NCBI GenBank assembly: GCA_038256795.1
Contig: JBBSJZ010000001.1
Location: 1-48,466 of the forward strand
Reading direction: 5' to 3'
DNA: 48,466 nt
From: Pirellulales bacterium
GTDB lineage: Bacteria; Planctomycetota; Planctomycetia; Pirellulales; Pirellulaceae
This document shows positions 39,164 to 48,087 of the stretch, one piece after another; the first letter of the stretch is position 1; every line of letters starts with the position of its first letter. The position numbers were made by a program, and so were the translations under genes. The notes under the pieces are model-generated. The model was not told the DNA's origin, ran no database searches, and worked only from the letters and a program-made list of their open reading frames with translations.

Positions 39164-39973
39164 TTATCTTCCGCCAAACAACCGCCGCAGCGCCTGCTCC
39201 GCAGCATCTTGTGAATCACGAGGCATTTTGGGTTTCAAGTGAGCAGGAATGCGTTTGAATTTTGAGGTTGTGTCGGCGTTCTGTTCCGATGCGTCCTCAC
39301 TCGATGGAGACCCGTGGTCTGGCTCGGTACCGTCGTCCCCGGCGACAATCAGCTTGGCGACATTGTCGATCGCGTTCGAGGCTGTGTCGAGCTTCACCTC
39401 CGGTGTTGATGCGGATGCTCCGATTGCCGCCTTCCGAGCGACTTTCGAGCGCGTTTCCATGGTCTTTTCATCCACGGCAATCGTGTCCGTCATGGTCTCG
39501 TGATTCCAGCTGGTGCAGGGAATTCCATCGACTTCCATCAATAGTGAATCAAGTTCACGCAGGATGTTTTGTTTACGCATCGCGGCCTGATCGGTCTCAC
39601 ACGGTTCGCCGGATTCCTGGTCACGAATCGAGACGCGAAACTTCCAATCACCGATTTGAATCTTATCGTGATGGGAAACTGCGACTCGCAAGCCTTTCTC
39701 CAATCGATTCCCATTGACCTTGATGCCATTACGACTGCCCAAGTCTTGGATCCACACTTTCTCGGCTGTGCAGATTAAGACTCCATGCTTGCGGCTTACC
39801 GAATCGCCAACCAAGCACAAATCCCCTGCAGGATCGCGTCCGAACGTCGTTTGCCCGGCGGGGATTTCAATCCGCCGACCACGGAGCTGGCTATTTCGGC
39901 AGACAAGAGAAACGGTGAACAAGGTCGAAGAGCCAAGAGGAGATTGGGGCGTGCCGAGGGCACAAACCCCCAC
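39164..39973 (-). CDS. FHA-domain protein with acidic, low-complexity C-terminal region
   Basis: 269-aa ORF (GTG start, uncertain). FHA signature TTFGRDPAGDLCLVGDSVSRKHGVLICTAEKVWIQDLGSRNGIKVNGNRL. Confidence 0.8.
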   Translation of the reverse strand: MGVCALGTPQSPLGSSTLFTVSLVCRNSQLRGRRIEIPAGQTTFGRDPAGDLCLVGDSVSRKHGVLICTAEKVWIQDLGSRNGIKVNGNRLEKGLRVAVSHHDKIQIGDWKFRVSIRDQESGEPCETDQAAMRKQNILRELDSLLMEVDGIPCTSWNHETMTDTIAVDEKTMETRSKVARKAAIGASASTPEVKLDTASNAIDNVAKLIVAGDDGTEPDHGSPSSEDASEQNADTTSKFKRIPAHLKPKMPRDSQDAAEQALRRLFGGR

Positions 39974-40097
39974 TCTACTGAATCACAATGAAGACAGTGT
40001 GAACTCCCCATGTCGATCATGGTGACTCGTGTCTTTCGCTTCGAGCGAAAGTAACGTTTCTACATTCTTTCTCTGGAAGCGAAACGCGACAACGACT

Positions 40098-40865
40098 TCA
40101 GTTAAACGAGTATATAAACTTTCGCAACTGGTTCTCGAGTTTCTTGATTAGCAAGGGCGTCCCCGCAAGCCCATGTCGAGTCGCAATCTCTAGATCTTCG
40201 CGACATTGAAGTGAGACATTCGCTCCGCTCTTGCTGGTCGAGTACCAGCGAAATGCAGCCAGTATTTGGGGGACATACGCGGGTTCGCCAAGCCGGGACA
40301 ATCGCAGCCAATAGTCGTAGTCAAACGCCAGTGGGAGCGATTCGTCCAAATATCCGATCGACTCCATCACATCGTGTCTCCAAAACACGGTCATCTGGCT
40401 GATGAAATTATTCGCTAGCAACCGAGGGCGACTGTATCGCTTCGCTTGAAAACGTTTGTAGGTCGATATCCAGCGGCGAATTTCAAGGTCATCTGAGTCA
40501 ATTACCCGACAATCGCCATGTAGCCAAATGAGCGAAGCGTCCTCGTTGAACCTGGATGCTACCTGCTCTAGCGCACCTGGCATCAGAACGTCGTCACTGT
40601 TGAGCCAACCGACAACGTCACCGGTAGCTACCCTCAGGCCTTCGTTGATGGCCGCCACCTGTCCCTGATCCCGCTCGCTGATCCATTGGAGTTGGTCTTG
40701 GTAACTTCGCAAAATGTCCACGGTTCCATCCGTGCTCGCCCCATCGCGGACGACGTACTCCAGCGAAAAGTTGCCACGCTGTGCAAGGACGCTGTCAATC
40801 GTTCTTGCAATGAACTCGCCATGATTGAATGACGGAGTGACAAGGCTGATTTTAAGCTTTTTAAT
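40098..40865 (-). CDS. Glycosyltransferase family 2 (start codon non-canonical or damaged)
   Basis: The track ORF starts at GTG 40721, but the frame is open upstream and encodes the canonical GT2 N-terminus KISLVTPSFNHGEFIARTIDSVLAQ...VVRDGASTDGT. WLNSDDV motif downstream. Proposed ATT start at 40865. Confidence 0.7.
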   Translation of the reverse strand: MKKLKISLVTPSFNHGEFIARTIDSVLAQRGNFSLEYVVRDGASTDGTVDILRSYQDQLQWISERDQGQVAAINEGLRVATGDVVGWLNSDDVLMPGALEQVASRFNEDASLIWLHGDCRVIDSDDLEIRRWISTYKRFQAKRYSRPRLLANNFISQMTVFWRHDVMESIGYLDESLPLAFDYDYWLRLSRLGEPAYVPQILAAFRWYSTSKSGANVSLQCREDLEIATRHGLAGTPLLIKKLENQLRKFIYSFN

Positions 40866-41943
40866 GTCTGGGGCGGCCGTGTTTAATCCGGCAGTGATCG
40901 ATTACCGCGTGCGCCGACTGGACGATCGCGTCAGCGGTAGCGACGTTTGACTTTGCCGTACTCATCATCGTTGCTCGATAGATCGGCAAGATCCGCAACA
41001 CCCGGCGCTGGATCTCACGCTTGAAGGTCCAACCACCCGCGTCGATTGCTCGATCGATGATTCGTCTCGCCTGCGTGTGAAAGCCGAAAGCCGCGATATT
41101 CCATGCCGATTCGATCGTTCGCCACCGAAATGCCTCGCGAAGCCCTGGTACTTCAAGCATTCCCGGATGCTGATATAGCATCGCCGCGAGGAACTGCAAA
41201 ACCTCCAAATATGCGAGGCTACTATTCTGGGAAAGGTTTGCACCGTGCGAGCGACGTCGATAAAGTCGCTCCGGCAAGTAGCACGATTCACCGATCGTGG
41301 ACAAAGAGACAAGAAAAGAAAAATCCGTAGCGACCTTGTAGCATTCGGCCAACTGCCCAACCTTCTGCCAAGCCGACTTGCGAAACATGATTCCCGGAAA
41401 ACCTGATGGATACATGCTATGAGTGATCGCCATCCGCAACCCAACCTCCGCACTCATCCGCCAGGCACCTTTCGATCGAACGACATTCGGGTTACGCCGA
41501 CAGTCACGCTCAAAATGACGCTGAGCAAGACTAGCAGCACGATGACGCTTTTCGAACCGCCTGCCCCCATGCGTGACAAAACAAAGTTCGGGCCACTGCG
41601 CGAACCGATGCAAGCATTTCTCAATCTTGGTCGGCTCGAAGCAATCATCTTGCTCAAGCACCGAGATCAGGGGAGATGTGGCGCTGGCGATCCCAAGATT
41701 CAGCGGCCGAGCGGGCGATCCAGAATTGACGTCGGTCGCAAGCTGAATGAACACGAAGGGTAACGAATACTCGTTCGACCATTCCTTCGCCACGCGAACG
41801 GAATCGTCCGTCGACCCGTCATCCACCAGAATCAATTCGCGAGGAACCCGAGACTGCAATCGAACCGTGTCTAACGCCTCGCGGAGGAACGAGGCGCCAT
41901 TGTAAACCGGAATAATGACGGAAACGTGAAGACTCGGTGACAA
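40861..41943 (-). CDS. Glycosyltransferase family 2
   Basis: 360-aa ORF (TTG start). VSVIIPVYNGASFLREALDTVRLQS...LILVDDGSTDDS...LEQDD. Confidence 0.85.
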   Translation of the reverse strand: MSPSLHVSVIIPVYNGASFLREALDTVRLQSRVPRELILVDDGSTDDSVRVAKEWSNEYSLPFVFIQLATDVNSGSPARPLNLGIASATSPLISVLEQDDCFEPTKIEKCLHRFAQWPELCFVTHGGRRFEKRHRAASLAQRHFERDCRRNPNVVRSKGAWRMSAEVGLRMAITHSMYPSGFPGIMFRKSAWQKVGQLAECYKVATDFSFLVSLSTIGESCYLPERLYRRRSHGANLSQNSSLAYLEVLQFLAAMLYQHPGMLEVPGLREAFRWRTIESAWNIAAFGFHTQARRIIDRAIDAGGWTFKREIQRRVLRILPIYRATMMSTAKSNVATADAIVQSAHAVIDHCRIKHGRPRH

Positions 41944-42008
41944 GAGGAGTAACTCGCTTAAACATTGGAAAATCGGAGGTCGACGAAGTACTCAGAAACA
42001 TCAACGAG

Positions 42009-42785
42009 TCAGTCGTACGACCGCTGTATCGCGCGGAACCAGCGAAATGAGATTCGGCGCACCAGCGGCCGAAGCAACGCCCGATAGAATGGATACGCCA
42101 GCAGCATCAACCCTGTCATCAACCGACCGCGATTTCCCACAATCAAATCGACTGCGAGTCGCTGATAATATGCCGCTGGTTTCGATGAACGGCCCGTAGC
42201 ATCGCAAATCGCAATAGGTGTATCGCACTTGACCCAACGCAATTCGGCGATTTGGTTGAAGAATACGTAATCACTAATCGTCACGCCACGGCAAACGAGA
42301 TAACTGCCAAAATCATCGTGTATTGACTTTCGATAGATCACACCTTGATGATGAATGTTCCGTTGCTTCAAATCGCAATAGACTCGTTGGGAAGCATGAT
42401 CGCGTTCTAGCATCACATCGCCGTAGACAACATCAACATCATCGTTTGCCATGAGCATCGCCTGCCTCAATGATTCAGATGAACAAAAGCGATCCCCGGC
42501 GTTCATGAACAAGACCCATGGCGTCGTCGTCATCGCCAGACCTTTGTTCATGGCATCATAAATACCGCGATCGGGTTCACTGACAAAGATGGTCGTGCCA
42601 CCATGGCGAATGAGCAATGTAGCAAACTGACCCGTTCCATCATCCGAAGCTCCGTCGATGATCACGTGCGTGAACGACTGAAACGATTGTTCGCGAACAC
42701 TTAGCAACGTCAACTGTAAGCCCGGTGTATCGTTGCGAACGATGGTGACGATCGTCAGCGGTAGGCTGGTTCCAATGTCGCTCAC
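42009..42785 (-). CDS. Glycosyltransferase family 2
   Basis: 258-aa ORF (GTG start). LTIVTIVRNDTPGLQLTLLSVREQS...HVIIDGASDDGT...FMNAGDRF. Confidence 0.85.
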   Translation of the reverse strand: MSDIGTSLPLTIVTIVRNDTPGLQLTLLSVREQSFQSFTHVIIDGASDDGTGQFATLLIRHGGTTIFVSEPDRGIYDAMNKGLAMTTTPWVLFMNAGDRFCSSESLRQAMLMANDDVDVVYGDVMLERDHASQRVYCDLKQRNIHHQGVIYRKSIHDDFGSYLVCRGVTISDYVFFNQIAELRWVKCDTPIAICDATGRSSKPAAYYQRLAVDLIVGNRGRLMTGLMLLAYPFYRALLRPLVRRISFRWFRAIQRSYD

Positions 42786-43196
42786 TGTTCAAGCTTTACC
42801 TCAATGCGATCCATCCATGCCTGACGCTTGAATCCCACAAGATCACGGATCACCAAGGCGAAACCATTCCGTTGAGTCGTCGATAATTCGGATCGCATGG
42901 ATCAGCAATTCCAAAACCTCGACGAGTTCAACAAAGTTCGCGGTGCGACAATCCGAGCAATGCTGATCGACGTTCGCATTTTACGGAGGGGGCTAACAAT
43001 ATCGGCGGGCTCGACCCGCAATCCAAGTCAACGGACAATCACGGTCAAGCAAGTCTTCGACGTGCAGCGCGAAGGCACGCACGTGTTGCTTGGCAATACA
43101 GACGAAACACCGTATCGCCTCGATCGTGTTGTAAAAAAGCTATCAAATTCGACGCAAGCACAGAATCCGTCAACCTGGGCTCCAACCACGATGGAA

Positions 43197-44039
43197 TCAT
43201 GACGCTGCCGACCAAATTGATTTGTGTCTCGCTGCGATGAAGCAGCGGGACGTGGATGCAACATCAAGCATTTCAGCTAAATATCCAAGTGAATGCAAGA
43301 GTGTAAGGCAGTCAAACATCGCCTTCACATGATGAACCTCAAGTAGAATCAATGGACGTTGTTCGGACAACAGTTGGCTCGCACCCTCAAGCACCACGCA
43401 TTCGGCTCCTTCAACATCAATCTTAATGATTGATGGCGCTGGCAGACGTCCAGTTGCCACAAGATTATCAGCTGAGTCAGTCAGCACCTCGATACTTTCG
43501 AAGTTTCCATAAACCCTGGCGCCGAGCGCAGTCTCGGTGCCTTTGATATATCCACCAAAACTCTGGCCGCCATCAACCCCGTTGTGACTCTGAAACTGGA
43601 CGGAGCCTTGTTTGTCTGACAACGCAATGTCAACGGTTATTATTCTTTTGCCAATGTGTGGATTTCGGTCAATGTGCATGTGCAGTCGACGACGATTGGC
43701 TGGGTTTGGCTCAAAAGCGACAACTCGACCATGCTCTCCAACGAGGGATGAAAACAACAGCGCACTGTATCCAATATGGGCACCTACGTCCCAAATTACG
43801 GAACCCTGCAATTCATCCAAGGCTGCAACGGTGTCGAACAGAAAACGATCGTAGTCACCCGTGACCATTTCCCGAAAATTAGAGGATCGCCATGGAACGT
43901 AGAGTTCAATACCCTTGCCAAGCCCTTGCTTGATGCATTGCCATTTCGGATGTTGGCCGCCAACTAGTTTACTCCGGGTCCACCGGTATACAGCCTTGGG
44001 TGAGACACTCATCAAATCGTCTAGTTTTAAACGAATCAT
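43197..44039 (-). CDS. FkbM-family SAM-dependent methyltransferase
   Basis: 280-aa ORF. VIWDVGAHIGYSALLFSSLVGEHGRVVAFEPNPANRRRL and IIKIDVEGAECVVLEG, both typical FkbM motifs. Confidence 0.85.
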   Translation of the reverse strand: MIRLKLDDLMSVSPKAVYRWTRSKLVGGQHPKWQCIKQGLGKGIELYVPWRSSNFREMVTGDYDRFLFDTVAALDELQGSVIWDVGAHIGYSALLFSSLVGEHGRVVAFEPNPANRRRLHMHIDRNPHIGKRIITVDIALSDKQGSVQFQSHNGVDGGQSFGGYIKGTETALGARVYGNFESIEVLTDSADNLVATGRLPAPSIIKIDVEGAECVVLEGASQLLSEQRPLILLEVHHVKAMFDCLTLLHSLGYLAEMLDVASTSRCFIAARHKSIWSAAS

Positions 44040-44077
44040 TCGTTATCTTTCGGCCTGATTGCGCGAAACTGCACAGG

Positions 44078-45172
44078 TCAATGAAAACTTGCTTTATAGA
44101 TATCGATCATCTTCGTTGCTGCGCGATTCCAAGAGAACTTCTGTGCATTTACTGAGCCGCGTTCTATCAGAGATGATCGGTTGTTTGAAGCTTGAATAAC
44201 CGCGTTCGCAAGGCCGTCTGGATCTGTTGGCTTAAAGTAGACAGCACCGTCTCCTGCGACCTCTCGAAAAACGGGTATGTCACTGGCGACAAGTGGACAG
44301 AAATTCAATTGTGCTTCAAGAACTGGTATACCGAAACCCTCCATCAAACTCGGAAATACAAACGCGCTCGCACGGTTATATAGTTCTGCAAGCTTGTCGT
44401 CGCTGACGTATCCAGTCCAATCAATTCTTGCTCGAACGCCGTAAAATGCGGTCAAAAGTCGCTCGTGAATTGTCGCCGGGCGTCCGACGACCAATAATCG
44501 TAGTTCGGGTGGCCAGAATGTGCTAGCTAGAGCTCGGAGGACGACTTCAAAATTTTTGTACGCGTGACGGTGCCCCACAAACAACACATATGGCGCATGA
44601 ACAATCGTGGCAATGGGCTCCCTCGCACGACAAAGATGTTCCCCTCCAAGTGGAACGACTTCTATACGTGTCTGCAAATGAGGATGAATCGCCAACAGCG
44701 CGTCCCGTGTTGCGTGGGAGATACAAACAAGAGTGTCCGCTTGCTCTATGGCAGCGGACTTGCGTTTTGATTCAAGATACCCCCAACGCCCCATAATATC
44801 GGGTAACTGTTCTGGAATCATATCATAAACATACTGGATTTGGTGGATCTCTAACTCCGGACAGGGGATAAAGAAAGCAGATTGGTAAACATCAAATTTT
44901 GAACTTGCCGATGATAACTTCCACGAAACCTTCTTGCGCCGCGTGAACCTACTAAACTCCCCTGCCTGATTCCGATCTCGCATACACGAGTGAAACGAAA
45001 CTCCCGCGATCTCATATAAAAGCGGATTCTCGGTTCCAATTGTGTAGTCAATATCATTGCATGAGCGGGCAACTGTCTCCATGACTACACGCGCGATTCC
45101 TCGTTGCAAGAGGTTCTCCAGCGGATAACCATCGAGGTACACCCGTGGACGAAACTCGTCAGGCAACATCAT
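44078..45172 (-). CDS. Glycosyltransferase family 4 (GT-B, group 1)
   Basis: ORF 44078..45202 trimmed to ATG 45172 (ATGA overlap with the upstream stop). C-terminal FVFPSLMEGFGIPVLEAQLNFCPLVASDIPVFREVAGDGAVYF (E-x7-E motif). Confidence 0.85.
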   Translation of the reverse strand: MMLPDEFRPRVYLDGYPLENLLQRGIARVVMETVARSCNDIDYTIGTENPLLYEIAGVSFHSCMRDRNQAGEFSRFTRRKKVSWKLSSASSKFDVYQSAFFIPCPELEIHQIQYVYDMIPEQLPDIMGRWGYLESKRKSAAIEQADTLVCISHATRDALLAIHPHLQTRIEVVPLGGEHLCRAREPIATIVHAPYVLFVGHRHAYKNFEVVLRALASTFWPPELRLLVVGRPATIHERLLTAFYGVRARIDWTGYVSDDKLAELYNRASAFVFPSLMEGFGIPVLEAQLNFCPLVASDIPVFREVAGDGAVYFKPTDPDGLANAVIQASNNRSSLIERGSVNAQKFSWNRAATKMIDIYKASFH

Positions 45173-46008
45173 GCGTTCGTTGGGCACGTAAGTTCGATAC
45201 ACGCTACGGCGCGAGCTGCGGCCGCACGGTCAGCAGGCAGTCGATAATCTGCAAGGTGGATATCAGCGTATTCAGCATCCTGACACGCTTCAGATGTCGA
45301 TACGTGCCACCCATCTGCTGAGTAGCGATAGAAAACATTGTTATATGCACTAGGACCAAACGCTGAGATGATATTCTCTAGCATTTTTGGAGTGAACTGC
45401 TGAAACCATCTGTGTCTTTGGCTACGTCCGAAGGGCACTGTAATCAAGGTCCTGCCGCCGGGCCGGCTTAATCGTCGAAGTTCGCGCACAACCTTCAGGT
45501 AATCCTCTTCGCGTTGTTCGGAGAATTGCGACTCATCGGTATACAACAAGGTGTTGTCCATGCCTACGTGCTCAAGTGTTGACACGCAAGAAATTGCATC
45601 CATACACCCGTCCCGCAACAGTGTCTCGCGAAGGTCACCATAGATGTAGGACACAGATGCATCTTCATGTACGTACGGCTCAGGCGCAAGCGTTGAAATC
45701 AGTACTCTGCAAGACGAAACTTCCTGTCGAGTCAGTATCCATTTATGATTTAGCGCAGCGCCGGCATCGAAAATGATTCCGCTCTGATTAGCCAATCTCG
45801 ACAGTAGCCAGCCATATTCAATGACGCGTTCGTCAAATCCAACTCCGTAGCCCCGTGGCAACTCTGCCGCTGATGCGAATGCGGCAAGCAAGTGACGCGA
45901 CTGAAGTTGCTTTTGGATATATCTGTCGCGATGATATGCATAGCCCATACTCCAAGGCTTTTTGCCACGGAGAAGGTATGCCGAGGCAAGGACGATGTTC
46001 TTTAACAT
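45169..46008 (-). CDS. Class I SAM-dependent methyltransferase-like protein
   Basis: ORF 45169..46014 (TTG), ATG 46008 preferred. Motifs IIFDAGAALN, DAISCVSTLEHVG and LRRLSRPGGRTLITVPFG resemble Methyltransf_11/23-type motifs. Confidence 0.65.
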   Translation of the reverse strand: MLKNIVLASAYLLRGKKPWSMGYAYHRDRYIQKQLQSRHLLAAFASAAELPRGYGVGFDERVIEYGWLLSRLANQSGIIFDAGAALNHKWILTRQEVSSCRVLISTLAPEPYVHEDASVSYIYGDLRETLLRDGCMDAISCVSTLEHVGMDNTLLYTDESQFSEQREEDYLKVVRELRRLSRPGGRTLITVPFGRSQRHRWFQQFTPKMLENIISAFGPSAYNNVFYRYSADGWHVSTSEACQDAEYADIHLADYRLPADRAAAARAVACIELTCPTNA

Positions 46009-46061
46009 TACCAATCGCTACCGTCATTTGAAAAGTTGTTACGAATGATGCAATTGCCCTG

Positions 46062-47015
46062 TTAAGACTTAAAAGAAAACCTGTCCGCTATCACCCCGAG
46101 TTCCCATCTCATCCGATGTCTGATAGAACGCGGGACATTCATCACATTATTGGCGATGAACTCATCCGCATCAACGTGCTGACACACAGTTTCAGGATGC
46201 ATGTAGGGTGTGGGCAATGACGTTTCTATTGGCAGTTCCCAATCAGACTGCCCAAGTGTATGAGTGCCGGACTTGTCAAATCCAATATTTCTAACCAAAT
46301 TCAATTCAGGTGTTACGGTGAGCAATTGATGCTTCCAGAGGCTGTGTACCCAGCGATAGTCCCACGTATTGATCAGTCCACGTCGAACTTGCTGGAACAA
46401 TCGCGACCAATAGACCAATTCGCCGGAAGCCTTTGCAAATCGATTGACAATGTCAGCATCACTTGTGTGACGCCCGTTGCCCATTTCAAAATTATACAAT
46501 GCCCATGATCGCTTCCAGGTGGCCCAACCCCAGCAGTGTGGGTATTTCGAAAAGTAGTAGCTTGCCTGAGTCCGAATCTTTCCCTGCTGGAAATTGTTCC
46601 CCGTAATCGCGCCAATTCTATGATCTGACTCGTATCGCTTTAGCATCGCTTCGCAAAAATCAAAAAACGACGCAGAAGCGACACAATCATCTTCCAGGAT
46701 AATCCCGGAATCAATGTGGTCAAAGAACCAGGTGATGGCTGCAGTCACAGCGTTTTCGCAACCAACATTTTCAGTCTGGAACAGAGTTCTAACGTCGCAT
46801 TCCCAATCAACCTGATCAGCAAGTAAACGCACATCCCTACAATTCACATGATCGCTGGGAACATGCCGTCTCGGGCCGTCCCCAGCAATGAAAAGCTGAA
46901 GCGGTCGAACCAGACGAATTCGCTCGAATGCCTTGCGTGAGTGCTCAGGCCGGTTGAAAACGAGAAACAGAACTGGTGCAGTTATAGGCTGATGATACGT
47001 CAAGCGAGCATCCAA
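46062..47015 (-). CDS. GT-A fold glycosyltransferase (GNT-I / HlpA-like family, tentative)
   Basis: 317-aa ORF (TTG start). PVLFLVFNRPEHSRKAFERIRLVRPLQLFIAGDGPR...GIILEDDCVASASFF (EDD motif). Family recognised from memory only. Confidence 0.6.
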   Translation of the reverse strand: MDARLTYHQPITAPVLFLVFNRPEHSRKAFERIRLVRPLQLFIAGDGPRRHVPSDHVNCRDVRLLADQVDWECDVRTLFQTENVGCENAVTAAITWFFDHIDSGIILEDDCVASASFFDFCEAMLKRYESDHRIGAITGNNFQQGKIRTQASYYFSKYPHCWGWATWKRSWALYNFEMGNGRHTSDADIVNRFAKASGELVYWSRLFQQVRRGLINTWDYRWVHSLWKHQLLTVTPELNLVRNIGFDKSGTHTLGQSDWELPIETSLPTPYMHPETVCQHVDADEFIANNVMNVPRSIRHRMRWELGVIADRFSFKS

Positions 47016-47237
47016 TGTGGCAATTGCTGCAGGATTGAGAAGGCGGAGTTAACCGGCTCATCCGTCGTAAGTGTGCGCCGGAGGTTTTAGAGGCATTTCT
47101 TCAGTGTCCAATGGCTATTTGTCGGCGAGTATTGCGGCCTGTACACTTTGAGTGCCGGGAGAAAGGGAGTTGAGCTCTGCAGAGGTGCAACTTGACAAGG
47201 GATATCCCGGCCGACGGTGCGCCAAAGGTGTTGCCGG

Positions 47238-47265
47238 TCCCCGACGAACTTGCGTTCGTCGGGGA
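47238..47265. other. Perfect 12-bp hairpin in a 337-nt intergenic break of the glycan operon (possible terminator/attenuator)
   Basis: TCCCCGACGAAC (47238-47249), loop TTGC, GTTCGTCGGGGA (47254-47265). Followed on the + strand by CTCTTTCTC. No clean T-tract on the transcribed (-) strand. Confidence 0.3.
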
Positions 47266-47352
47266 CTCTTTCTCAGGAAATCATTGGACACTGGAGCCAT
47301 ACCTGAAAAAACCTCGGTCCTGGGTTCCGCGCACGCTTCCGTCGGATGACCC

Positions 47353-48087
47353 CTATTTTGCGGGCTTCGTGTCTCGAAAAAGTATATTGGTGTATTGTCG
47401 ATTCTCCCATCTCCGATCCCATAGCAATCCGTTTTTAGCGAGCAGTTCTGTGATCGCGATCTCGTTGGTGGTGCGGCACTCGATGAATATGTTGTGTATC
47501 TGCACTGCATTAAAATCGATCCCATGTAGAACTTCGAGTTCATATCCCTCGACATCGAGCGAAAAAAAATCGATTTCCTTGATGTCGTGTTTCTTGAAAA
47601 GCACATGAAGCGGGTTCGCCGGAACCTTGATTGTAGACACGTCTGTTAGGCGTTGGATTCTTCGTCCTTCTGTGACATGAGATAGCGCCCAGTCTTGATC
47701 GATCTTGTCATCGTCGACAACACTCATAAGACCTGCCTGTCGAAGCGAAATATTCTGTTGAGAGTATGAGCTACTCACCAGGCAGCATTGTTCAACGATC
47801 GATCTCGGTCGGTTGTACCGGCATTGCTTGGCAATATCGGGGTCAGGTTCAACTAACAAGCCTCGCCATCCGAGGTGCCGTTCAAGGTAGTACGTATTGC
47901 TCTGCCGAATCCCATCGAATGCTCCCGCTTCTACAAACAGGCCGTTTCTTTTCCACGCGAGTATATCGCTTAATTGAAGATCGATTTTTTCGAGGCCCAC
48001 TGACGCGGCAAGGCTGAAGCCTCGTAGCTCGATCAGCCTGCGAACGATTCGTTTACTCCATCCTGGCAGAGTTGAGAACCAGGTCAT
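47353..48087 (-). CDS. FkbM-family SAM-dependent methyltransferase
   Basis: 244-aa ORF. LFVEAGAFDGIRQSNTYYLERHLGWRGLLVEPDP and FFSLDVEGYELEVLHGIDF. ATGA overlap with the flippase stop (48084-48087). Confidence 0.85.
   Translation of the reverse strand: MTWFSTLPGWSKRIVRRLIELRGFSLAASVGLEKIDLQLSDILAWKRNGLFVEAGAFDGIRQSNTYYLERHLGWRGLLVEPDPDIAKQCRYNRPRSIVEQCCLVSSSYSQQNISLRQAGLMSVVDDDKIDQDWALSHVTEGRRIQRLTDVSTIKVPANPLHVLFKKHDIKEIDFFSLDVEGYELEVLHGIDFNAVQIHNIFIECRTTNEIAITELLAKNGLLWDRRWENRQYTNILFRDTKPAK

Noticed and set aside
47115-47608. ORFs 47115..47606 (-, 163 aa) and 47192..47608 (+, 138 aa)
   Set aside because: Both run from the intergenic gap into the well-supported FkbM gene in wrong frames or on the wrong strand. 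No motifs.
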